DNA from: Flavobacteriaceae bacterium | Lineage (GTDB): Bacteria > Bacteroidota > Bacteroidia > Flavobacteriales > Flavobacteriaceae | DNA: 64,000 nt | NCBI GenBank assembly: GCA_965250265.1 | Contig: CBDFNO010000012.1 | Span: 456,582 to 520,581 of the forward strand | Direction: 5' to 3' | Part shown: positions 48,831 to 57,673 of the stretch, piece by piece | Layout of the letters: each line of letters opens with the position of its first letter | Position numbering within the stretch: position 1 is the stretch's first letter | The notes under the pieces: model-generated | Told to the model about the DNA's origin: nothing | What the model saw: only the letters and a program-made list of their open reading frames with translations | Database searches by the model: none | Made by a program: the position numbers and the translations under genes

Positions 48831-50030
48831 ATGAGCAAATCCCTTTCTCCTTTTACAAAAGAACAATTATTACCTCAAGAGGAAATGCTTGAAGTCCTCA
48901 AACGCAAAGGCAATTTATTTATAGGAATACCTAAGGAAACGTCGTTTCAAGAAAAACGAGTATGTCTTACACCAGACGCAGTTTCTGCTCTCGTAAACAA
49001 TGGCCATAAGGTCCTATTAGAATCTGGAGCTGGAGATGGTGCTAATTTTCAAGACAAGAATTATAGTGAAGCTGGAGCAAAAATCACCAAAGACAAAGCT
49101 AAAGTATTTTCATGTCCAATTATCTTAAAAGTTGAGCCACCATCGTTTGATGAAATTAAACTCCTTAATCCTCAAACTATTCTCATTTCGGCTATACAGT
49201 TAAAAACACAAAGCAAGGCTTATTTTGAAGCTTTGGCAAAAAAAAGAATTACAGCAATTGCATTCGAATTTATTAGAGATGAAGATGGTGCGTATCCTGC
49301 TGTACAACAATTGAGTGAAATTGCAGGCACAGCTTCAGTATTAATAGCAGCAGAATTACTATCAAATGTTAATAATGGAAATGGACTGTTATTTGGAAAC
49401 ATAAGTGGTGTCCCTCCAATTGAAGTTGTTATTCTTGGAGCTGGAACGGTAGGAGAGTTTGCTGCACGCTCAGCAATTGGAATGGGAGCAAATATAAAAG
49501 TTTTTGATAATTCCATTACAAAATTGCGTAGGTTACAATCCAAATTGGGACAAACCATTTACACATCTACTATGCAACCCAAAAATATACTTAAAGCCTT
49601 AATACGTTGTGATGTTGCTATTGGTGCAGTTAGAGGCAAAGACAGAGCTCCAATTTTAGTCACTGAAACCATGGTAGAAAATATGAAATCTGGAGCACTT
49701 ATTATTGATGTTAGTATAGATATGGGTGGCTGTTTTGAAACAAGCGACATAACAACACATGATAATCCTATCTTTGAAAAACATGGTGTTATTCACTATT
49801 GTGTTCCAAATATTCCTGCTAGATATTCCAGATCTGCTTCAGTTTCTATTAGCAACATATTTACTCCGTATTTGCTAAAAATAGCTGATGATGGTGGAAT
49901 AGAAAATGCCCTGCGTTTTGATCGTGGTTTAAAAAATGGTTTGTATTTTTACCACGGAATTTTAACTAACAAATCTGTAGCAGATTGGTTTGATCTTGAT
50001 TACAGTGATGTTAATCTTCTAATTTTTTAA
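48831..50030 (+). CDS. ald: Alanine dehydrogenase / PNT-alpha family NAD-dependent dehydrogenase
   Basis: 399 aa. IGIPKE...EKRV.LTP and the Rossmann motif VVILGAGTVG fit the family. Confidence 0.75.
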   Translation: MSKSLSPFTKEQLLPQEEMLEVLKRKGNLFIGIPKETSFQEKRVCLTPDAVSALVNNGHKVLLESGAGDGANFQDKNYSEAGAKITKDKAKVFSCPIILKVEPPSFDEIKLLNPQTILISAIQLKTQSKAYFEALAKKRITAIAFEFIRDEDGAYPAVQQLSEIAGTASVLIAAELLSNVNNGNGLLFGNISGVPPIEVVILGAGTVGEFAARSAIGMGANIKVFDNSITKLRRLQSKLGQTIYTSTMQPKNILKALIRCDVAIGAVRGKDRAPILVTETMVENMKSGALIIDVSIDMGGCFETSDITTHDNPIFEKHGVIHYCVPNIPARYSRSASVSISNIFTPYLLKIADDGGIENALRFDRGLKNGLYFYHGILTNKSVADWFDLDYSDVNLLIF

Positions 50031-50064
50031 GTGTTTTTTTAGAACACTAATTTATTATTTGCAC

Positions 50065-50436
50065 ATGAAACTTATACAGCGCATTGGTTATTACCTTGGA
50101 GGATTCTCTATTGGTCTTATTTTACTGGCATTTTTTTTAAGTGGTAAAAAGGCCTCATGTAGTTATGGTCCAGAAGCAAGAGTATTAAAAAATATTAGCA
50201 CAAAACAACTTGTTTATTCTCAAAACACAAATGAAACTATTAAATATAAATCCATTGATTCATTAACAGTTTCTGAAATTTTAAAATTTGGAAATGTAAA
50301 CTTTTCCAAAGGCAACAGAGATCTTGATTCTTGTAAAATTTATGTTATAGAAAGTGTGTTTAATGATAAAGACATTTCATTATCAGTGGAGAATTGCGAA
50401 ACCATTGCTACAATAAAATCTATTAGTTTTGAATAA
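50065..50436 (+). CDS. Hypothetical membrane-anchored protein
   Basis: It has one N-terminal TM helix (YYLGGFSIGLILLAFFL). No motif recognised. Confidence 0.45.
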   Translation: MKLIQRIGYYLGGFSIGLILLAFFLSGKKASCSYGPEARVLKNISTKQLVYSQNTNETIKYKSIDSLTVSEILKFGNVNFSKGNRDLDSCKIYVIESVFNDKDISLSVENCETIATIKSISFE

Positions 50437-50644
50437 ACAAACATTTTCTTTTGCACACTAAAACTAAAATATGGTTATTTCCTCTACACATGTGTGGTAA
50501 AGAGCAAAACTTTATTAATACTGCTTTTAAAAAGAATTTAAAGTCGCAAAAATTGAAAATTGTTGTTCTCATGAAAAATATATTACCTGAATACATTTCA
50601 AATAATTCAAAATTTGAGCTATTAGATTCAAACAAATAAAAGCA

Positions 50645-51817
50645 TCAAACTTTTCTTCTTTTCTTTTCTTCTTTAAGAAGATTCAGTTCTCTATTGGTTT
50701 GACCAGCAATCGACGTATTTTCTTCAGCTCGTCGTATAAGATATGGCATTACATCTTTAACAGGACCAAAAGGTACATACTTAACAACGTTATAACCTGC
50801 TGCTGCAAGATTAAAACTAATATGATCACTCATACCGTAAAGTTGACCAAACCAAACACGATTATCATTAATAGCAATATTTTTTTTCTTCATAAGTTCC
50901 ATTGCCAAATACGAACTCTCCTCATTATGAGTGCCAATGAACAATGATATATCACTTAAATTATCTAAAATGTAAGTGAGCGTGTTATTAAAATTTTCAT
51001 CTGTTGTTTGCTTATCGATACAAATAGGTGAAGGATATCCATTCTCATCAGCTCTTTCTCGTTCTTTTTCCATGTAAGCCCCGCGTACAATCTTCATACC
51101 CAATTTATATCCTTTATTTTTAGCACGTTGCTTTGCATCCTTCAAATAATTCAAACGATCCCAACGATATGTTTGTAAAGTATTAAAGACAATAGGTATT
51201 TCTTTATTATATGCACTCATCATACTTTCAACAATTCCATCAGCAGCATCTTGCATCCAACTTTCTTCAGCATCAATTAAAATTAATACATCCTTCTCTT
51301 TGGCTAGCTTACAAGCTTTATCATAGCGTTCTACCACTCTATCCCATTCTTTTTCTTCAGCATCAGTAAATTTTATTCCTTCTCCCTTTTTTTTATATAA
51401 ATAAAGTCGTCCAAAACCTGTAGGTTTAAATACAGCTATTGGTAAAGCAGCTTTCTGACTAGCGAAATTTATAATTTCTAATGTTTTATGTAAAGCTTTA
51501 TCAAATTGTTCTTCACTCCCCTTACCTTCTACTGAATAATCCAGAACACTTGATACTCTCCTAATGTACATTTTATCTATAACAGGTAAGCAATCGTCTT
51601 CATTAACACCTCCACAAAAATGATCGAAAACTGTAGATCTAATCAATCCTTCAACTGGCAAATTTGTTTTTAAAGCAAAATTTGTGGCTGCAGTTCCTAT
51701 TCTTACTAATGGTTGATGTGAAATCATCTTAAATAAGAAATAAGCACGTTCTAGCTCAGAATCATTTTTAAGCTGAAATGCGACTTCTGTATTGTCAAAA
51801 AATTTTTCTGATAACAT
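50645..51817 (-). CDS. Proline dehydrogenase
   Basis: 390 aa with a monofunctional PutA-like PRODH pattern (FDHFCGG, VLDYSVEG, KIVRGAY, MPYLIRRAEEN). Confidence 0.85.
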   Translation of the reverse strand: MLSEKFFDNTEVAFQLKNDSELERAYFLFKMISHQPLVRIGTAATNFALKTNLPVEGLIRSTVFDHFCGGVNEDDCLPVIDKMYIRRVSSVLDYSVEGKGSEEQFDKALHKTLEIINFASQKAALPIAVFKPTGFGRLYLYKKKGEGIKFTDAEEKEWDRVVERYDKACKLAKEKDVLILIDAEESWMQDAADGIVESMMSAYNKEIPIVFNTLQTYRWDRLNYLKDAKQRAKNKGYKLGMKIVRGAYMEKERERADENGYPSPICIDKQTTDENFNNTLTYILDNLSDISLFIGTHNEESSYLAMELMKKKNIAINDNRVWFGQLYGMSDHISFNLAAAGYNVVKYVPFGPVKDVMPYLIRRAEENTSIAGQTNRELNLLKEEKKRRKV

Positions 51818-51912
51818 TTTAATAAAGATTTATAGCAAATATATTTATTAAGAAGATATTATATTACATAAAAACTACTTATTTTCATACCCTGATAAAT
51901 TGATATATATAA

Positions 51913-52980
51913 ATGGAATCTATCGTTACCAAAGAATATTCAATTCACTTTAATTCAACGATTTATGACGAATTAAATAGCTATTTACAGCATTCTAATT
52001 TTTCAAAAATATTTGTTATTGTAGATACAAACACGCTTAGTTTTTGTTATCCATACTTTATTGCCAAAGTTGAAACTAATCTCGAAATTGAAATTATTGA
52101 AATTGAAGCAGGGGAAATTCATAAAACAATAGATACATGTATAGGCGTTTGGAATGCTCTATCTGAGCTTAATGCCGACAGGAAAAGCCTAATTATTAAC
52201 CTTGGTGGCGGCGTGGTTACAGATTTAGGAGGCTTTGTAGCTTCAACCTATAAAAGAGGATTAAAGTATATTAATGTACCAACGTCATTATTAGCGATGG
52301 TTGACGCTTCAGTTGGCGGAAAAACTGGAGTAGATTTAAACACTCTTAAAAATCAAATTGGTGTTATTAATACTCCACAGATGGTTTTAGTAGATACTCA
52401 TTTCTTAAATTCTTTACCACAAAATGAGATGCGTTCTGGATTTGCCGAAATGCTTAAACATGGATTGATTCAAAGTGAAGCATATTGGGAAACACTTAAA
52501 GGATTAAGGCTCCAACATTTTAAAAATTTGGACGATTTAATTTATGAATCAATATTAATAAAAAAAAATGTTGTAGATCAAGATCCATTTGAAGATAACT
52601 TGCGCAAAACATTAAATTTTGGGCACACTCTTGGTCATGCTATCGAATCCTATTATTTGAACAATCCAGATAAACTAAGTTTACTACATGGAGAAGCAAT
52701 TGCAATTGGTATGATATTAGCAGCCTATATCTCGAAAGAATTGCTAGAGTTTTCAGACGCTAAATGTCAAGAAATCAAAACTGCATTAATTAAAATATTT
52801 GTCAAAGTTGAAATTGATAAAGAAGATTTTAATCCAATAATCGAACTATTAAAGCATGACAAAAAAAATGAACATGGCAATATTAATTTTGTATTGTTGG
52901 AAGCCATTGGAAAACCAAGAGTAAACTGCTTGGTTGATAATGATATTATTATCAATTCTTTGAAATATTACATCAATTAA
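51913..52980 (+). CDS. aroB: 3-dehydroquinate synthase
   Basis: 355 aa with LGGGVVTDLGGF, VPTSLLAMVDASVGGKTG and the His motifs HGEAIAIGM. Confidence 0.9.
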   Translation: MESIVTKEYSIHFNSTIYDELNSYLQHSNFSKIFVIVDTNTLSFCYPYFIAKVETNLEIEIIEIEAGEIHKTIDTCIGVWNALSELNADRKSLIINLGGGVVTDLGGFVASTYKRGLKYINVPTSLLAMVDASVGGKTGVDLNTLKNQIGVINTPQMVLVDTHFLNSLPQNEMRSGFAEMLKHGLIQSEAYWETLKGLRLQHFKNLDDLIYESILIKKNVVDQDPFEDNLRKTLNFGHTLGHAIESYYLNNPDKLSLLHGEAIAIGMILAAYISKELLEFSDAKCQEIKTALIKIFVKVEIDKEDFNPIIELLKHDKKNEHGNINFVLLEAIGKPRVNCLVDNDIIINSLKYYIN

Positions 52981-53066
52981 TTTTGAATCAAAATAATTTG
53001 TAACTTTATAAGGTTAATTACTATTATTAAGCTATTTCTATTTCTAACAATTACAAATACTTTGTA

Positions 53067-53339
53067 ATGAAAAGAATTATTGTTGATTTAAAAAAACTAA
53101 CTCCTAACATCTTTACACTTTTAACTAAAAAGTTTCCTGATGGTTATAATGATAAGGATATTATTGTTTTTGAGAACCATCATAACGAAATAATTGAAGC
53201 AGTTGAAGTTAAAACAATAGACACCATTTATCTTGTCAAAGTTAGTAGTAAGTTGCATTATACAATGACTAACTTTAAAAATGCTGATATGAAAGTCAAT
53301 AAATTAGGCAACATTATGTTTAGTGATGAAGAAGAATAA
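53067..53339 (+). CDS. Hypothetical protein
   Basis: 90-aa ORF with an acidic C-terminus. No motif recognised. Confidence 0.4.
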   Translation: MKRIIVDLKKLTPNIFTLLTKKFPDGYNDKDIIVFENHHNEIIEAVEVKTIDTIYLVKVSSKLHYTMTNFKNADMKVNKLGNIMFSDEEE

Positions 53340-53378
53340 GTGACGTAAATATTTGCCTACTCTAGCGTCGTATAGAAT

Positions 53379-53858
53379 TTACAATTCATTAAATATTGTA
53401 TGCATTAAACGCTTTTTATCATTGATGCTTTCTTCGAGAGAAATCATAGTTTCCGTTCTGTAAACGCCTTCTATATCGTCTAATTTAAAAATAATATCCT
53501 TAGCATGACTCGTATCTCGTGCTCTAATTTTACAAAATATATTGAACTTTCCTGTAGTAATATGTGCAACTGTTACAAAAGGAATATTCTTAATACGCTC
53601 CAAAACAAATTTTGTTTGGGATGTGTTCCCCAAAAACACTCCAACATAGGCAATAAAAGAATATCCTAATTTTTCGTAATCTAAAGATAAGGAAGACCCT
53701 TTAATAATTCCACCTTCTTCCATTTTCTTAACTCTTACATGAACTGTTCCAGCAGAAATTAATAATTTTTTTGCAATGTCAGTAAAAGGAATTCTTGTAT
53801 TATCTATTAACATATCAAGAATTTGATGGTCTGTTTCGTCTAATTTAAATTTCGTCAT
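53379..53858 (-). CDS. Lrp/AsnC family transcriptional regulator
   Basis: 159 aa. LDETDHQILDML..N.R.PFTDIAKKL.IS.GTVHVRVKKM is an HTH, followed by an AsnC C-terminal domain. Confidence 0.9.
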   Translation of the reverse strand: MTKFKLDETDHQILDMLIDNTRIPFTDIAKKLLISAGTVHVRVKKMEEGGIIKGSSLSLDYEKLGYSFIAYVGVFLGNTSQTKFVLERIKNIPFVTVAHITTGKFNIFCKIRARDTSHAKDIIFKLDDIEGVYRTETMISLEESINDKKRLMHTIFNEL

Positions 53859-53922
53859 TTTATGTATTTGTTAGATAAAAAGCAAAAATAGCACATTTTT
53901 ATTATTAAAAATCTATATTTTA

Positions 53923-55086
53923 TTAATTATTTTCAATATTTAGTGATATTTTGCTATTATTTATCAATACGAAATCGTTTTCGTAACCTACTTTAAACTC
54001 ATTTGAATTCAGCAATAAAACCATATTATTGTTGGCATTAATCTCTTTATGTCCATAATAATCCCTTAGGTTAGAAATTTTATTAATTATTGGAATAAAT
54101 TCTACGCAATTTCCAATTAATCGCTCTTCGTATAAAACACCTATATCCAGATATTGTTTTTTATTTTCAAAAGTTATAGCAGCATTTCTAATAATAATAT
54201 CGAAAAAGTAATTTTCATTTTTTGGAATATCAAAATATGGCATATAGTTATCGCCTTCAATATTATTTAAGGCAATGTACTCTAGCGCCATTAATATAGA
54301 TTGAAACATGTACTCTCTTGTTTTCTCTCTTGCATAATCGTTTTTACAATGACCAGCTTCAAATAAAATGGTAGGCACATTTTGATTTTGAAACATATCA
54401 CCAACACAATTAATATTAAATGCGTCATCATAAACAGCTACCTGATTAGGAATTTGTTTTTGTAACATTGTACTCATAACTGCAATAATTTCCATTGCAA
54501 TCTTTCTGTTTGGTGTTACACTACAATTCACATCTTGTGCTGGAGCTAAAAATGAAACTGTTGCAGGATTATTAGTTTTTCCTGCACTAAAAATAGTCCG
54601 CTGTCCATGAAGGTTAAAACAGAAATCTGGTTTAAAAGAATCAAAACATTGTCTTAAAGCAATACTTTCTGGTTGTGACAAATCTTGAGCGTCTCGATTT
54701 AAATCTACATTATTTGCATTAAAACGTGTATAAAGCGATGCTCCATCAGGATTAAGTATAGGAATGATCTTTAGTGTGCAGTTGTTAAGAATAGTCTCTG
54801 AAAACGCATTAGAATCACTCAAAAAATTAAATAAATCGAATAATGCCTTGGTTGTTGTAGATTCGTTACCATGCATTTGCGACCACATGAGTATTTTTTT
54901 TTGCCCTTTCCCAATAGTTATAGAAAAAATGTTTTCGCTATTCACAGATTTTCCAATTATATCAACTTTAAAAATCGATGGTAAATTATCCAAAAGTGGT
55001 TTAATATTTTTTGTGTGAATATATCTACCAAAAAGAGACGCTATTATATGAGTTTTATAGAGTGATTTTAAAGTTTCAATTTGCAT
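53923..55086 (-). CDS. M14-family zinc carboxypeptidase-like protein
   Basis: 387 aa. WSQMHGNEST is the HxxE zinc-binding motif, followed by DLNRD and a downstream H. Confidence 0.7.
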   Translation of the reverse strand: MQIETLKSLYKTHIIASLFGRYIHTKNIKPLLDNLPSIFKVDIIGKSVNSENIFSITIGKGQKKILMWSQMHGNESTTTKALFDLFNFLSDSNAFSETILNNCTLKIIPILNPDGASLYTRFNANNVDLNRDAQDLSQPESIALRQCFDSFKPDFCFNLHGQRTIFSAGKTNNPATVSFLAPAQDVNCSVTPNRKIAMEIIAVMSTMLQKQIPNQVAVYDDAFNINCVGDMFQNQNVPTILFEAGHCKNDYAREKTREYMFQSILMALEYIALNNIEGDNYMPYFDIPKNENYFFDIIIRNAAITFENKKQYLDIGVLYEERLIGNCVEFIPIINKISNLRDYYGHKEINANNNMVLLLNSNEFKVGYENDFVLINNSKISLNIENN

Positions 55087-55114
55087 TATGTTTTATTAAA
55101 GATTACAAAGGTAA

Positions 55115-55136
55115 ACATTTGTATTTTTACAAATGT
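55115..55136. promoter_or_regulatory. Inverted repeat ACATTTGTA-tttt-TACAAATGT
   Basis: Perfect 9-bp arms, about 30 nt upstream of the carboxypeptidase start. It shares the ATTTGTA/TACAAAT half-sites with 55343-55358. Confidence 0.4.
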
Positions 55137-55342
55137 AAACAATAAAATAGACAGTTTCTGTTACATAGTTGAACAATATTTATAGCATTGACGGATAATT
55201 GAGACCACAGTGACTGTCAATATTATATATTTCTTTTAATCATCTTTATTTCAATTTTTTAAATTAAATTACTTGAAGTAAAAGATTAAAATTATATTAG
55301 ATTTATTTATATATAATTGCTGAAAACAATTAATATGTTTAC

Positions 55343-55358
55343 ATTTGTAATTACAAAT
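55343..55358. promoter_or_regulatory. Perfect 16-bp palindrome ATTTGTAATTACAAAT (candidate operator)
   Basis: It lies 21 nt upstream of the HTH gene ATG at 55379 and is flanked by TGTTTACA motifs at 55336 and 55371. Confidence 0.45.
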
Positions 55359-55378
55359 TTTGATTTCATCTGTTTACA

Positions 55379-55732
55379 ATGATAAACAACGAAGCATTTG
55401 CAAAAAGGCTCCAAAAAGTGATAGATTTCTATGGTGAATCTGCATCTTCTTTTGCTGAAAAAATTGGTGTACAGCGCTCAAGTATTTCTCATATATTATC
55501 TGGACGAAATAAGCCAAGTTTAGACTTTATAATGAAAGTGCTTTCCTCCTATCCCGAAGTTGAGTTGTACTGGCTCTTAAATGGAAAAGGTATATTTCCT
55601 GCCAAACAACAAAAAGGAACTACATCCTTAGAAAATGTAACTCTAACTACCTCTAAAGAAAGTAAAGACAAAACTATAGAACGTATCGTTATTTTTTATA
55701 AAGGTGGAAGCTTTAAGAGTTTTAAAGAATAG
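55379..55732 (+). CDS. cI/XRE-type helix-turn-helix regulator
   Basis: 117 aa with the HTH SSFAEKIGVQRSSISHILSGRNKPS and the block YPEVELYWLLNGKG. It has the same architecture as 46966-47322. Confidence 0.72.
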   Translation: MINNEAFAKRLQKVIDFYGESASSFAEKIGVQRSSISHILSGRNKPSLDFIMKVLSSYPEVELYWLLNGKGIFPAKQQKGTTSLENVTLTTSKESKDKTIERIVIFYKGGSFKSFKE

Positions 55733-55792
55733 ATAAAATTTTAGGAGTTACGCTTATCGTTTCTACTACACGCCCTAGGGAGCGAATATAAG

Positions 55793-56383
55793 TTATGGAC
55801 GTTGTAGCTTTTTGTTAGGTGTTGTGTTTTCTAATTGTTTTAATTCTAAAATATCGTAGTTAATCTTTGAATTGATGAGATTGTCTAGCTCATTTTGTTT
55901 AAGATTTATCTCTGAATATAAATTATTTAGTTTTTCTAAAACTTGTTCGTTATTGCTGCCTTTTTGATTGACATCTATTTTTTTTGAAACTTCAAGAAAT
56001 TCTTTAATAGCATTTTTAAAATTATGTTGTAATAAAAAAACATTATCATTTTTCATAACCAAAGTATATAGAAATAAACATTCATAGACAGAATCATAAT
56101 CTTCTTTTAATTTTTTTAAATGAACTTTACTAGCTGGGTTATTCAATACCTCTCTACATTTTACTCTTGCTCTATAGTTATTTTCACAAATTTCCGGATA
56201 TGCTTTTGATCGTTCTTCAAAAAGCTTTTTTTCTTTATCTACCATAATATCAATTTGAGCTTTTAATAATGTTAATTCTTTATCGGTTCTTGCTTTTCTT
56301 TTATGCGAAAAAATATAATTTAATACTGAAAGCACCAAGCTTATAACTACTCCTATAGCAGTAATAATTTGAGTTAAGTCCAT
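55793..56383 (-). CDS. Hypothetical protein with an N-terminal TM helix and a long helical/coiled region
   Basis: 196 aa. The TM helix is LTQIITAIGVVISLVLSVLNYIF. It overlaps the upstream ORF by 10 nt. Confidence 0.5.
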   Translation of the reverse strand: MDLTQIITAIGVVISLVLSVLNYIFSHKRKARTDKELTLLKAQIDIMVDKEKKLFEERSKAYPEICENNYRARVKCREVLNNPASKVHLKKLKEDYDSVYECLFLYTLVMKNDNVFLLQHNFKNAIKEFLEVSKKIDVNQKGSNNEQVLEKLNNLYSEINLKQNELDNLINSKINYDILELKQLENTTPNKKLQRP

Positions 56384-56577
56384 ATTATTTTGTTTAATTT
56401 ACTATCTTCATCAAAGATTCCATCTTTGTATTTCGCAAAGAAATTTTTATCTCTTTGAAAAGTATTTTCATTATTAACCCAATCTTTTGCTTCAATAATA
56501 ATCTTAATTTTCGAATTATTTTTTTTTATAGTTGTCAATTCCTGAAGTACATTAGCTGGGTTAAATTGCAAAGCCAT
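56374..56577 (-). CDS. Hypothetical 67-aa protein
   Basis: Short ORF nested between two co-oriented ORFs. No motif recognised. Confidence 0.35.
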   Translation of the reverse strand: MALQFNPANVLQELTTIKKNNSKIKIIIEAKDWVNNENTFQRDKNFFAKYKDGIFDEDSKLNKIIWT

Positions 56578-56594
56578 GCCAGCATGTAATGCAA

Positions 56595-57101
56595 TTATTG
56601 AGGATTGAATCCATTGTAAGAACTCATAATAGTTCTTGAAAGAGTTTCAAGAGGTATATTCATTACATAGTCATGAGTAGCCATGTGACATATTTTCAAT
56701 TCAAATCCATGATCTTTTAATTTTTCAATTAAATTGTAATATGATTCTTTTCTATCTTCCTGGTAATATGAATTAAGATACAATATTCGATTACAATGAT
56801 TATTTGATTTATCCATTGTTTTATGTTTCATTTTTATTGACCCTAACCATGAATCTTGACTTGTTCCTAAAAACTGATCCCTTCTTTCTTTACTCCAAGT
56901 TAGCCAAATTGTATTTCCCTCTATATCAATATTTAAATGGACTCGGTGCCTTCTATAGAAAGCTGATTGCACCCTTCCCCGAAATTCAGCCGATCGCCTT
57001 AACGCACCAATTTCAGAATCAAAGAGGTTCCCTCCATATACGTATTCTGTTTTCTTGGACAATTCTAAATTTGAAACAAGTCTTTCGGCAAAATCAATCA
57101 C
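56595..57101 (-). CDS. Hypothetical 168-aa protein (GTG start only)
   Basis: No ATG is available near the 5' end. The GTG start overlaps, in a GTGA, the stop of a 43-codon upstream open frame. No family recognised. Confidence 0.4.
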   Translation of the reverse strand: MIDFAERLVSNLELSKKTEYVYGGNLFDSEIGALRRSAEFRGRVQSAFYRRHRVHLNIDIEGNTIWLTWSKERRDQFLGTSQDSWLGSIKMKHKTMDKSNNHCNRILYLNSYYQEDRKESYYNLIEKLKDHGFELKICHMATHDYVMNIPLETLSRTIMSSYNGFNPQ

Positions 57102-57301
57102 TTTAATTCAACTTTATTATTTTTCATATCACCTAATGTAATGATATGACCAGTTTTATACTCAATCAAGTTGAGCACAGGATTGGTTATATCAAACGAT
57201 ACTTCGACTAGCTCAGCACGAATAAGCTAAGGTAATTTTTTAAAGTTTATAAATCAATAGTTTAAATGAGTTCTTTATGTAATTTTGTATAAAATTATTT
57301 C

Positions 57302-57673
57302 ATGAAATATTTATATATAGTTTTATTGTTTTTACTAATAACCAGCTGCTATCAAGTAGAACGAAATTGTACAAATTTTAAAATCGGCACTTTTAAAAGC
57401 ACAATAACTATTAATGATATTGAATATATTTCTTCTTTTACAAGAACGAATAATTTACAAATTGAAACTTTTGAAAACAAAATAGATTCTTCTAATGTTA
57501 GATGGATTAACGATTGTGAAGTGGTTTTTAAAACAATCAACCCAAAGAATATGGCAGAAAGGAAAGATGTACATCTAAAAATTCTTGCTACAACAGATTC
57601 ATCGTACACATTTGAATATTCCTACGTAGGTGAAACTATTAAACAAAAAGGGATTGCTTTTAAAGTAAATTAA
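57302..57673 (+). CDS. Small lipoprotein
   Basis: 123 aa with the lipobox LLITSC and a beta-rich remainder. Confidence 0.6.
   Translation: MKYLYIVLLFLLITSCYQVERNCTNFKIGTFKSTITINDIEYISSFTRTNNLQIETFENKIDSSNVRWINDCEVVFKTINPKNMAERKDVHLKILATTDSSYTFEYSYVGETIKQKGIAFKVN

Noticed and set aside
50423-50639. Two mutually antisense ORFs of 62-70 aa in the spacer between 50436 and 50645
   Set aside because: They overlap each other almost completely in AT-rich DNA and show no signal, motif or coding-like composition. The CACATGTG palindrome there is too short to call.
56577-56595. Possibility that the 168-aa and 67-aa ORFs are one gene split by a simple stop or readthrough
   Set aside because: The downstream ORF is in a different frame, and the in-frame continuation after the TAA does not resemble it. 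A frameshift cannot be excluded, but the sequence does not demonstrate one.
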